IMG/VR virus record: IMGVR_UViG_3300023199_000127
Span: 96,001-160,000 of that record
Source of the DNA: a virus
Length of the DNA: 64,000 bases
Strand: one strand, 5' to 3'
In this document: positions 35,172-43,820 of the stretch, in pieces
Position numbering within the stretch: the first letter of the stretch is position 1
How the letters are laid out: each line of letters opens with the position of its first letter
The notes under the pieces: model-generated
The model's input: the letters and a program-made list of their open reading frames with translations, nothing else
Told to the model about the DNA's origin: nothing
Databases searched by the model: none
Made by a program: the position numbers and the translations under genes

Positions 35172-35629
35172 GCTAGTCCTGCAGGGTCAGGCAGTTCTGA
35201 CCATCTCTCCTGTGAGTTGTACCACTCTGGGTAAATACGTTCGACATCTGCTCGTGTACGTAGTCGAGAGCGGTTCTTGTTAACAAAGTGAGACCATTGG
35301 CGGAGGAGTTCATGCTCCTCCTTTGGATCCAGCGTAGTCAACTGGCATGTATCGTCCCAGAAACCTGGGTTACGAGACCACAATACCAAGAGATCATCTT
35401 CAGGCTTCAGCTTGAAGCAACGCTTAATAAAGCGTTCGATGATGTACTTAACTTGCGGCGCTGTGTTGTCCCCAAATAGGGGGAAGATCACAGTCTGCAG
35501 CTTGTCGTAGTAGATCTTGTCGATGTGCTGGAATACCTGGTCGATACTGACTTCGTGTAGACACTCTCGCATCGTCACAAGCCGGAAATCTTCCAGCCAT
35601 ACCAGTTTGATGAACCATCTAGGTGTCAT
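35168..35629 (-). CDS. Hypothetical protein
   Basis: Start taken at ATG 35629; the ORF-track start lies inside the terminator. Confidence 0.65.
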   Translation of the reverse strand: MTPRWFIKLVWLEDFRLVTMRECLHEVSIDQVFQHIDKIYYDKLQTVIFPLFGDNTAPQVKYIIERFIKRCFKLKPEDDLLVLWSRNPGFWDDTCQLTTLDPKEEHELLRQWSHFVNKNRSRLRTRADVERIYPEWYNSQERWSELPDPAGLA

Positions 35630-35632
35630 GAT

Positions 35633-35664
35633 AAAAAACAAGAGGCTCCCCAAAGGGAGCCTCT
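35633..35664 (-). terminator. Intrinsic terminator after nrdJ
   Basis: AGAGGCTCCC-TTTG-GGGAGCCTCT followed by TGTTTTTT. Confidence 0.85.
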
Positions 35665-35687
35665 CAACAGCAACTACGCCCTACCAC

Positions 35688-37922
35688 CTAGATCGTACAC
35701 TTATCGCCTTCACAGGCAGGTACTAATGCTAGGTCGGTCTCGTCGCTTTCTTCCTTGAATTCTGACCAATCGATCGGCTTCCAGAGCTTAATCAGCTCAT
35801 TCCACCGAGCATCGTCTGTGATCTCCTCGCGCGGAGCATAGGGGTAAATCGTATCGAGGGTGTATGGTGCGAATGACATCGCAGCAATGCGATGACGATT
35901 CTGCCACACCGTATCCTCAACGTACTTCTGTTCCTCGGGACGTACAGTCACCGTACAGCTCACATTATGTGTGAGCCCCTCGGAGCTATCAGGTCGAGCC
36001 GTTCCCGGCACGACCCAGTTCTCATAGGTAGAGAACACACGCTCCATGAAGTCCTCCGCGGGTTCCTCCTTAACGGTAATTGCATTGTCCGGTACCTCAA
36101 CCGGGAAGATCAGAGACCAATCCCCGTTCTCCTTGTACTCGACAGCATGCGGATTGTGTTCCCTAAAGAACTGTGCCGGCGCCTCAAGCGGGTTAGCAGT
36201 GATACGTCGGAAGTATCGGCGAGCGTGGTGCGGGTGAATACCCGAACCCACGCAGCCAGCCTCGAGGGACGACGTCCCACTCGGCTTAATAGTGGTACAA
36301 CGAGCTGCCGGAGAAATTCCAATAGCTCGTGCAATCTGCTGGTTGGTCTTAACTACCAGCTGTGCACCCTCTCGCTGAGTCTGCGGATCCAATGCAATGT
36401 CAGGCTTATCAACCATACCTGTAATACCCACACCGATCAGAGCTTCACGCTCTGCAATCAGCTTGGTCACATCGGTAAGGTAATCAAAGTCCGTAAACCC
36501 TGCCTGCAGCGTCCCAATAATGGAAGCCGCACGACACGCCTCCAGGAATTCCTTCTTGGTATTGCAGTTAGCTGCAACAACCTCAGTAAGGTTACAGAAC
36601 GCAAAGCCCGTCAGCCTCACAGGAGCGTGATGCTTCGGGCTCAGTGTGAGATAGGTTGGGTTCAATCCGATCTCACTACACGGGTTGGTACCAAAGTCGA
36701 GGTTGCAGGTGAAAAAGAACCCGGGTTCACCGAATCCCTCATTAGCAATCCTCAGAACACGATTGAACTCATCACGTGTCACCCTGTCGCGCAAGAAGAT
36801 GGCAGAGTTGTTGGCCATCATGCGCTGCAGGTTCACACCCTGCTTCGGGTTGAAACCAGGCGCTGACTTGGCATACAACATCTCCGTGTCCTCCGGGGAG
36901 AACAAACAGATGAGGCTGGACCGTCGGATACCACCGGCGAGGACAGCCTCAGCCACATGGCAAATGATGTCGTGACATTCAATGGAGCGAAGCTTTCTAC
37001 CCTCAGCTGTACGCAGGATCTTTCTTACCCGCTCTAGGCAACGCTTCAGCGGGATATGTCCCGGCGCCTTGCCACCAGAGGTTTGTAGTGCCTCACCCTC
37101 TGAACGAATCTCGTGGTACGCAAACTCTACGTAGTAACCCTCCATGTAACTCTTAAATAGCTCACCAAGAGAGTCAGCCCATCCCTCGATTGTATCGGGG
37201 ATGACAAAGTGACGCACATCTTCTTCGTTCACACGATTCAGACGGGGCAGCTTATCAACATGAGCAAGCTGCACTGAATATCCAACGCCACAACCACAGA
37301 GCAGCAACCAAAAGATCTCCTGGAATACACGGATCCGATCAACCAACGTGAAAGAACAGTTGTAGATCCGTGCGTTCTTCTTAAGGATAGCAGGTCCCCC
37401 GAACTGCATTGAACGCATCGAGGGGAACACCTTCTTCTGGGCAACGAGATCGAAAGCCCAGTTGATCTCCTTGATCAGGTCCTCACCGCAGTCCTTGTAT
37501 TTCGTCAGATGCATCTGACGATCACGCTCTACGGTTTCTTCATACACCTCACGCCGGCCAAGATCTTCTCGGTACTTGGCGTACTTGCCAGCGTGAATGT
37601 AGTCAGCAATCCACTCAGGCTTAGGTCGCTGTCTTGCGGCACGAGCTTCTGCTCTCTTCTCTCGGTAGATTACAAAGGCTCTAGCAACCTCCGGGTAGTT
37701 CTTCATCAGGACCTCTTCAATTTGGTCCTGAATATCCTCAATGGGAATGAGGTCTTCAGGCAATTCCTGAACGACCTCGTCAAGCAGCGGGCGAATGTCC
37801 GGGAGTTTCTCTGGACCAACCTCCTGAAATGCCATGAGCATGGCACGGGCGATCTTGCGGGGCTGGAATTCCTGTAGGTTTCCATCCCGCTTCTGAATGC
37901 GGCGCAAAGTTCTCTCCTTCAA
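35688..37922 (-). CDS. nrdJ: Class II (B12-dependent) ribonucleotide reductase with ATP cone
   Basis: KRDG...IQDQIE..L cone, NCSF, TNPCSEI, CNLTE, TIKPSGT and C-terminal CEGDKC motifs. Confidence 0.95.
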   Translation of the reverse strand: MKERTLRRIQKRDGNLQEFQPRKIARAMLMAFQEVGPEKLPDIRPLLDEVVQELPEDLIPIEDIQDQIEEVLMKNYPEVARAFVIYREKRAEARAARQRPKPEWIADYIHAGKYAKYREDLGRREVYEETVERDRQMHLTKYKDCGEDLIKEINWAFDLVAQKKVFPSMRSMQFGGPAILKKNARIYNCSFTLVDRIRVFQEIFWLLLCGCGVGYSVQLAHVDKLPRLNRVNEEDVRHFVIPDTIEGWADSLGELFKSYMEGYYVEFAYHEIRSEGEALQTSGGKAPGHIPLKRCLERVRKILRTAEGRKLRSIECHDIICHVAEAVLAGGIRRSSLICLFSPEDTEMLYAKSAPGFNPKQGVNLQRMMANNSAIFLRDRVTRDEFNRVLRIANEGFGEPGFFFTCNLDFGTNPCSEIGLNPTYLTLSPKHHAPVRLTGFAFCNLTEVVAANCNTKKEFLEACRAASIIGTLQAGFTDFDYLTDVTKLIAEREALIGVGITGMVDKPDIALDPQTQREGAQLVVKTNQQIARAIGISPAARCTTIKPSGTSSLEAGCVGSGIHPHHARRYFRRITANPLEAPAQFFREHNPHAVEYKENGDWSLIFPVEVPDNAITVKEEPAEDFMERVFSTYENWVVPGTARPDSSEGLTHNVSCTVTVRPEEQKYVEDTVWQNRHRIAAMSFAPYTLDTIYPYAPREEITDDARWNELIKLWKPIDWSEFKEESDETDLALVPACEGDKCTI

Positions 37923-37925
37923 GAG

Positions 37926-38537
37926 CTAGGTGACAAAGTCGGCAACAACGTAGAGCATTTCTACGCCGTCCGGCCTCTTCGAGGCTAGACGGCCACGCAC
38001 GTAGACAGGCTGACGCTCCTGCAATCCAAGCTCTTGACCGGTATACACCCAGATTTTCCGGGTATTCCACTCGTTCTTGAACGGATTACGATACGACTCC
38101 TCAACGAGAAGCCACCCTCCTTGTGCGGAGAGAACCTTACCACAAAGAATCACCAGATTCTCAGGGTGCAGAGGTGTGTTGCGCACACGGAAGTTAGAGA
38201 TCGAGAACTCAAGGCTCCAGACCTCTGTCTGGTGCTTCTTGCTGAAGTAACTCTTCAGCGTACCGTCGGTCGCAATGAAGTAGGCTCCGTTCTGGTGTCC
38301 TAGTCCATTGAGAACCGCGTTCAAGATTTTCTGGTTCTCCATCTGCTTCTGTGACACACGAATGTTGCAGAAGAGAGTAGTAGCAGGAACAGCTACTTGC
38401 TGATCATCCCATTGCACATTGAACCCGGGGAGCTTGGTGCGTACCCAGAACTGGGGGTACTGTCGCCCATTGCCGGGCGGGTTGTACTTGTATTGCTCAA
38501 CCTGAGTTGCTAGATAAGCACTGTTGACATCAGCCAT
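37926..38537 (-). CDS. Hypothetical protein, possible tandem OB folds
   Basis: Strand-rich; VILCGKV...PVYVRGRL resembles an SSB-type OB fold. Confidence 0.45.
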   Translation of the reverse strand: MADVNSAYLATQVEQYKYNPPGNGRQYPQFWVRTKLPGFNVQWDDQQVAVPATTLFCNIRVSQKQMENQKILNAVLNGLGHQNGAYFIATDGTLKSYFSKKHQTEVWSLEFSISNFRVRNTPLHPENLVILCGKVLSAQGGWLLVEESYRNPFKNEWNTRKIWVYTGQELGLQERQPVYVRGRLASKRPDGVEMLYVVADFVT

Positions 38538-38968
38538 TACTCGAACAATCTCTTCTCCCCCTCGCGCCAAAAGACACTGTTGGGGTTGTCGCGATGCTGC
38601 ATCGAGTGCAGCAGCGCAGCCTGATAGGCTTCAGTGCTAGCGATCTTCTTCACGATCGCATTAGCAACATTGCGACGGGCATTGGTACGCTCATCCTCGG
38701 GCATGTTGCAGATCAAATCCTGCAGCGCACGCACATCGTAGGTGTACGAGATGAAGTAGTCGAACATCTCATACTGAGCCTTCCCCTTCTTCTTCTCGGA
38801 TCGACTAACAGTAAACTGCGTCAGCTTAATGCCATCATTGATCCGGGTGGCGATCTGACTGGGAGTTACCGCTTCACCATTCAAAAGGGTAAGCGCCTCC
38901 TCAGTCTCTCCCTGAGGGGTCTTCGCCGCATCCTTGGTCTTGGTGACCTGCACATCCTCTTCACTCAT
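38537..38968 (-). CDS. Hypothetical protein
   Basis: Start at ATG 38968 after GAGG. Confidence 0.65.
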   Translation of the reverse strand: MSEEDVQVTKTKDAAKTPQGETEEALTLLNGEAVTPSQIATRINDGIKLTQFTVSRSEKKKGKAQYEMFDYFISYTYDVRALQDLICNMPEDERTNARRNVANAIVKKIASTEAYQAALLHSMQHRDNPNSVFWREGEKRLFE

Positions 38969-39239
38969 TGTTTCCTCGTTTGTTCTCTTGAATCTTGATG
39001 AGACGCACGCCTTGGGCAAGCGTCTTTAGCTCAAGAATGAATTTCTTGTCCTCCTCAACCAGAAGAGGAGTCTCGGCCATCATCTGTGCCTCGTCTACAT
39101 GGACAGGCAGAATGGTATTGCTTTCAAGCTTCTCTACCTCGCTCCATGAGGGGCAAACTACCAACTCTCGATCGAAGACCTCTTTGCCGGTAGGCTGACC
39201 TCTCTTGCGGCGCCGGATGGCATCGAAGTCCAGTCCCAT
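38961..39239 (-). CDS. Hypothetical protein
   Basis: Coupled ORF. Confidence 0.6.
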   Translation of the reverse strand: MGLDFDAIRRRKRGQPTGKEVFDRELVVCPSWSEVEKLESNTILPVHVDEAQMMAETPLLVEEDKKFILELKTLAQGVRLIKIQENKRGNNE

Positions 39240-39242
39240 GGC

Positions 39243-39923
39243 TTAGAAGAGTTCGTCGAGATCGTCGCCACCACCAGATCCCTCGTCCTCAGACTTGGTC
39301 TCCTCGGTGGTCTCCGACTCCTCGTTGAAGGGGGGTTTCTCGGCCGGCTGAGCCTTCGGCTCTTCCTTGCCGGACCCCCCGGTGGACTCCACAATGTCGT
39401 CCTCCGGCTCGGGAACATCCCCGAAGGCATCCTCGAGCTCGTCACTGCCCCCCTCTTCGCCCTCGTTGTCTTCGGAGGCATCTTCGGACGTCTCGTCCAA
39501 AGTCTCCTCCTGAGGGCTCTCAGAGGCCTTCTCGGGAGTCTCCTCAGTGTCCTCTTCCGGGGACTCCTCGTCTTCGGCAGTCTCCTGCGGATCTTCGTCG
39601 TCCAGTTCGATATTGGACGTAGCCGCAGCCGGGTTAGCTGGCGGAGAGGCAGCGAAGATGTCGTTGGGATCCTCGTCGACTGGCTTCATCTTCTCGACGA
39701 CCTTCAGACGCTTGACGCGTGTGATCTGAACGACAGCGAGAATGTCTCCCTCGGCAGGCTGAATGCGCTTATCGGCGATCAGCTTACGCATCAGACGCTC
39801 GGCTTCCTGGGTGGTGCCACAGGCTTCTTCATTCTTCGAAGCAATCTCAAAGGTGCGCGCCTGGCCCTCGGCAGGCGTCGCGCCATACAGCACGTGAAAG
39901 GGCTTAGAACTCTTGTTACTCAT
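39243..39923 (-). CDS. Protein with small N-terminal domain and very acidic disordered tail
   Basis: C-terminal two thirds dominated by D/E/S/P; ends GGGDDLDELF. Confidence 0.8.
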   Translation of the reverse strand: MSNKSSKPFHVLYGATPAEGQARTFEIASKNEEACGTTQEAERLMRKLIADKRIQPAEGDILAVVQITRVKRLKVVEKMKPVDEDPNDIFAASPPANPAAATSNIELDDEDPQETAEDEESPEEDTEETPEKASESPQEETLDETSEDASEDNEGEEGGSDELEDAFGDVPEPEDDIVESTGGSGKEEPKAQPAEKPPFNEESETTEETKSEDEGSGGGDDLDELF

Positions 39924-39963
39924 GATCCTCTATGTATGGGAAATGCACACATGTGCAGAAAAC

Positions 39964-40989
39964 TTACACCAAATTGGGTGTACCACGGGGAGTGGTAAAG
40001 AGACCATCCTCCGCGTACCTAACAATTGCCTCGAAGTCACTCTCCCACGCCGTATATTCTGAGCAGCTTTGGCCGCCACGACGCAGAATGTAACTCGGGT
40101 GATAGGTGAAGTACACCTTCGGGAATCCCTTGGGTACTCGACGCCGGCTCATGTCCTGCCAACCAAGCTTTGCACCTACTCGAACACGATCAAGATCCAG
40201 GGTGCCATCCTCGATGGCGCTCTTCTCAAAGAACTGTACCCACGCCTCCTTGCCCAGAAGAACAATCACCTTGAGTGTCTTCTGGCCTACGAGGATCTTG
40301 AGCTGCTCACCAAACCTATCACGACACGCCGCCAGCTCCGAGAGCTGCGGCGGGCACACACGGCCAGTCATGGGATCTATAGGACGACAACAGACAGCGT
40401 TCATCAAGTAGCTATCTGTCACTCTATTGATCCCAACCTCATTCAAGATCTTGGTCAGCTCCTCACCAGCAGGGCCTACAAAGGGCCTGCCATTCTGGTC
40501 CTCATGAAAAGCAGGAGCTTGTCCTACGAAGACATACGTTGGATCAATGGGATTACCCGATCCAAGAACGACCTGGGTTCTATTCTGGGAGAGTGGACAC
40601 AGTTGGCATCCACGATACCTTTCCCAAAGGTCAGCCATAGGTCCAATGATGCCAGTTTGTGCTGCACCATAAATGCTCTCTTCAGAAGGACCAGCATTCA
40701 TATCAGTACCAGGACCGGATTCATTACTATCTGAAGGCACACTAGTGACTTCAAAAGAACTCGTCACAAAAGTACCGGGAACTCGAATGTCATCAGGCCC
40801 AAGCATCTCAGTGCCCTGATAAGGATGAAGCACATCAGTCGGCTCGGGCGAGATTTCAACTTCATTCAGAGGAATCATCTCTCTGCGCACCTCTCCAGTT
40901 TCCTTTTGAATAGACTCATCCGCCGCACCATCTCGAAGATAGCGAGCAGATTGGTCTTCCAGGATACGCTCGTACTTATTGTTGCTCAT
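39964..40989 (-). CDS. Family-4-like uracil-DNA glycosylase with N-terminal extension
   Basis: CQLC...GQAPAFHED..GRPFVGPAG, N...CRP, AACR and HPSYILR motifs. Confidence 0.9.
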   Translation of the reverse strand: MSNNKYERILEDQSARYLRDGAADESIQKETGEVRREMIPLNEVEISPEPTDVLHPYQGTEMLGPDDIRVPGTFVTSSFEVTSVPSDSNESGPGTDMNAGPSEESIYGAAQTGIIGPMADLWERYRGCQLCPLSQNRTQVVLGSGNPIDPTYVFVGQAPAFHEDQNGRPFVGPAGEELTKILNEVGINRVTDSYLMNAVCCRPIDPMTGRVCPPQLSELAACRDRFGEQLKILVGQKTLKVIVLLGKEAWVQFFEKSAIEDGTLDLDRVRVGAKLGWQDMSRRRVPKGFPKVYFTYHPSYILRRGGQSCSEYTAWESDFEAIVRYAEDGLFTTPRGTPNLV

Positions 40990-41282
40990 GATTCAAGGAG
41001 GGATAGATCTTTGTACAAGTAAGGCATATAGTTGTCCCAATCAGGTTTCCTAATGTCCTTACGATGAACAAAATTTCCAGACTTATGCGTTGTTGGGAGG
41101 CTACAAGGAGGGTACGATCCGTAGATTCTAATCTGACGAAATGCCATGCTGTTTGTACTCAAAAACAGAACACCAAATTGTCGTATGACTATACGCACAC
41201 CCTTATTGGGAGTCCAATTAGGTAAACGCATACCCATCTCGTAACAGAGAACCTGAGGATGTTCGCTACAACGTAGAGCCAT
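40986..41282 (-). CDS. Hypothetical protein (visibly AT-richer segment)
   Basis: Coupled at both ends. Confidence 0.5.
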   Translation of the reverse strand: MALRCSEHPQVLCYEMGMRLPNWTPNKGVRIVIRQFGVLFLSTNSMAFRQIRIYGSYPPCSLPTTHKSGNFVHRKDIRKPDWDNYMPYLYKDLSLLES

Positions 41283-42634
41283 CAGTCGATCAGTTCCAAC
41301 TCCTTCAGGGAACCTAGAGCAACACGTGCGCTAGCTTCCCAGCTGTACTTACTGCGCACCCACGATGCGCCACGCTCACCGATACTACGGAACTCACCAG
41401 GTGCCATGTCCTGAAGCGTCTCCATCTTATCGATCAGGTGAGACACCGAAGGCTGGAACCAGTTACCCTGGTCACCGTGGAAGAAGATGCGATCATGCGC
41501 AATCTGATCCACGCCTTCGGTCAGGGGCACAAAGATTTCCTCGTTCGGCTCGATGATGGGATTGGAGGTCCCTTCCTCAAGCGGCAGCTCTCCATTGGGA
41601 CCACGCTTACAAAGGAACTCCGTGGCTCCAGAGTAGAACGTGGCGATGGTCGGCAGACCACTCGCCATGGCCTCGATGGTGGGCAGACCCCAACCCTCGG
41701 CATAGAACGGGAAACAAGCAGCATCGCCGGCGCGATAGACGCAGGCGATGTCACGCTTGGACTGCAACCAGGTTGCAATCAGATCGACAACATAATTGTC
41801 GTTGGCACCGTGCGAGAAACGCACCATGCCCTTTTCCTTGTCGACCGTTGCACTCTTCGTATCGAAGCCAGCGTTCTGCAGGGCCATCGAGATAGCCTTC
41901 TGCCAGTTACCCTGGGGACGATCGATAAACGGGTTGTAACAGGAGAGCAGGAGACGAACACGATTCGTGTTGTCCTTGTTCTTCTGCGCCAGCTCGCTGA
42001 AAGCAGACAGAAGCAGGTCGGTACCCTTACGCTTCTCGTACTTGCCAACATTCACCCACGTGAAGTCAAAACTGCTGTCCTTCAGCGGACCGAAGGCCGT
42101 AGCATCCAGTCGTGACTCCATCGGGATCGGAGAGTAAACACTAGCGTCCACTCCCTCAGGCCAAAGCAGAATGGGCGGACGATTCAGGTCTTTGAAAGGA
42201 CCCTCATAGGCATCAAACATGCGTTCCAGTGCTGCCTTGTGCCACATGGAGACAACAGCCACAGCATCAAGCTGCATGAGCTGGTTCAGCTCCTCAGTAC
42301 GAAGCTCGGTACCCTCCCACGTGGTGTAACCAATGCGAAACTTGCCAGCAAATTCAGCAAGCTGATGAGGATGCCAAAGCATGATGCTGACATCAGCATC
42401 ATGACGCATGGTAGCCTGAGCTTCACAAGCCTGACCAAACAGGTTGTCTGCTCCAGTGGGCTGATAGTTCTGCGCGAACTCCTCCCGTGAAATAGAGCCG
42501 CCCCGAGGGACAACTACACTTTCGACGCCCCGCTGCACAAGCTGCGGGACAAGGGCACGAGCCCAATGGAAGAAGTGGGTACCATAGCCAGTGCTATTGA
42601 CCGGACCGAAAAGATTGACGTGCTTTTGACTCAT
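41282..42634 (-). CDS. GT4 (GT-B fold) glycosyltransferase
   Basis: TGYG, PEGVD, VGKYEKRKG and EGWGLPTIEAMASG motifs. Start at ATG 42634. Confidence 0.9.
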   Translation of the reverse strand: MSQKHVNLFGPVNSTGYGTHFFHWARALVPQLVQRGVESVVVPRGGSISREEFAQNYQPTGADNLFGQACEAQATMRHDADVSIMLWHPHQLAEFAGKFRIGYTTWEGTELRTEELNQLMQLDAVAVVSMWHKAALERMFDAYEGPFKDLNRPPILLWPEGVDASVYSPIPMESRLDATAFGPLKDSSFDFTWVNVGKYEKRKGTDLLLSAFSELAQKNKDNTNRVRLLLSCYNPFIDRPQGNWQKAISMALQNAGFDTKSATVDKEKGMVRFSHGANDNYVVDLIATWLQSKRDIACVYRAGDAACFPFYAEGWGLPTIEAMASGLPTIATFYSGATEFLCKRGPNGELPLEEGTSNPIIEPNEEIFVPLTEGVDQIAHDRIFFHGDQGNWFQPSVSHLIDKMETLQDMAPGEFRSIGERGASWVRSKYSWEASARVALGSLKELELID

Positions 42635-43050
42635 TGCGTTCCGTAACCAAATTCGAAAGTAGGTCCTCCTGCACACAGGATTTCCAGGTAACTAATCTTC
42701 ATGGGGCGTCCTATGCCCTTGTCTTTGAGCTTGTCGACCATCTCTTGGCCGGCTACGTGGTTAAGTGTATGAACTATCACAAAAGTATGCTCACTCACTT
42801 TAGTGTGGCCATCGACTATCTGTCGCACTACCTCCATCCCACAGTCTTCGCGTTTCGACGTTACATAAACCTCGCCACCTAGATCGTGGTCCAGGAAAAC
42901 AACGTTGAATTTTTTCTCCTGCAGCTCAGCAATAGCTTGCTGAGCAGTCTCCACAAATACCCCACGATGACCTGCACACCACTCTCTAAACATAGAGAGA
43001 CGACGATGATCATCATCAAGGACGAGAATGTCTAGTTTGTATTCCGCCAT
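42631..43050 (-). CDS. Receiver-like domain, cyclic-phosphate-processing (cREC) type
   Basis: LVLDDD.RR, FLDHDLG, GMEV and IVHTLN..AG motifs; no canonical REC lysine. Confidence 0.7.
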   Translation of the reverse strand: MAEYKLDILVLDDDHRRLSMFREWCAGHRGVFVETAQQAIAELQEKKFNVVFLDHDLGGEVYVTSKREDCGMEVVRQIVDGHTKVSEHTFVIVHTLNHVAGQEMVDKLKDKGIGRPMKISYLEILCAGGPTFEFGYGTQ

Positions 43051-43054
43051 GTAG

Positions 43055-43204
43055 TTACCACAAAATGGTGATGGAAACAGCTCGGTTCATATGTACTAGA
43101 AGAAAAGGATCCTTCAGAGTACCTGCTACCCACATCTCATAGACCCAACGCTCGACGCGGAAAATTTCTCCATTACCGCATCTAATCTCGGCGTAGTTAC
43201 TCAT
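43055..43204 (-). CDS. Small hypothetical protein (49 aa)
   Basis: Own translation MSNYAEIRCGNGEIFRVE...; ATG overlaps the upstream stop. Confidence 0.5.
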   Translation of the reverse strand: MSNYAEIRCGNGEIFRVERWVYEMWVAGTLKDPFLLVHMNRAVSITILW

Positions 43205-43755
43205 CACATATACCAGTTCTTATTGTCTCGACGAGCTAGTCCAGGGCACTCGCTCATGGGTTTACAGTTCACTTCCTTCAAGTAGAATGCACCGCGCTGT
43301 AGTGTCTTCACAATCTCTTCACGAGTGCACCAGCCCACGATGTCCACATCGGGGATATCAAGGGCTGCAAGCACAAAGATCTTTCCCTTGCTACGATTGA
43401 AGATGCCAGAGGAAACTCTACCGCTAAGCGTGTGACCATAGGAGTAATCTTCTCGAGCTGCACACGTGACAACGTGGAACACGTTGTCATTGATCTTCAT
43501 AAGCTCGTAATCAGGCCACCCACTAGCCCGAGCCTTCTGTTCAATCGGGCACCATGCTTCGTATCCTGCCAGGTCTGTCGCATGATAGTAGTAGGTGAAA
43601 GCACGTGCACACAAGTACCAGGTTTGAAACCACTTTACCAGCTCAGGCTTCTTGGTTTTCGCAGCATAGTGAGCACCAATGTTCTCCGCATCCTGTAGAA
43701 AGGTCTGCGGTAGCGGGAAACGGATCACCGGATCTCGATACACTCGGATGTACAT
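43204..43755 (-). CDS. Hypothetical protein
   Basis: ORF; start chosen at ATG 43755. Confidence 0.65.
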   Translation of the reverse strand: MYIRVYRDPVIRFPLPQTFLQDAENIGAHYAAKTKKPELVKWFQTWYLCARAFTYYYHATDLAGYEAWCPIEQKARASGWPDYELMKINDNVFHVVTCAAREDYSYGHTLSGRVSSGIFNRSKGKIFVLAALDIPDVDIVGWCTREEIVKTLQRGAFYLKEVNCKPMSECPGLARRDNKNWYM

Positions 43756-43820
43756 TGAGGGTTTGCTATTCTCCAAAACCAAAAATCGACTGCCTATTTT
43801 TTTCAGGAATTTTAGGCCTA

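Noticed and set aside
35892-36866. Long plus-strand ORFs antisense to nrdJ and other core genes (also 55106-55885, 55955-56809, 41438-42115)
   Set aside because: No motifs or RBS; expected shadows of coding-strand codon bias.
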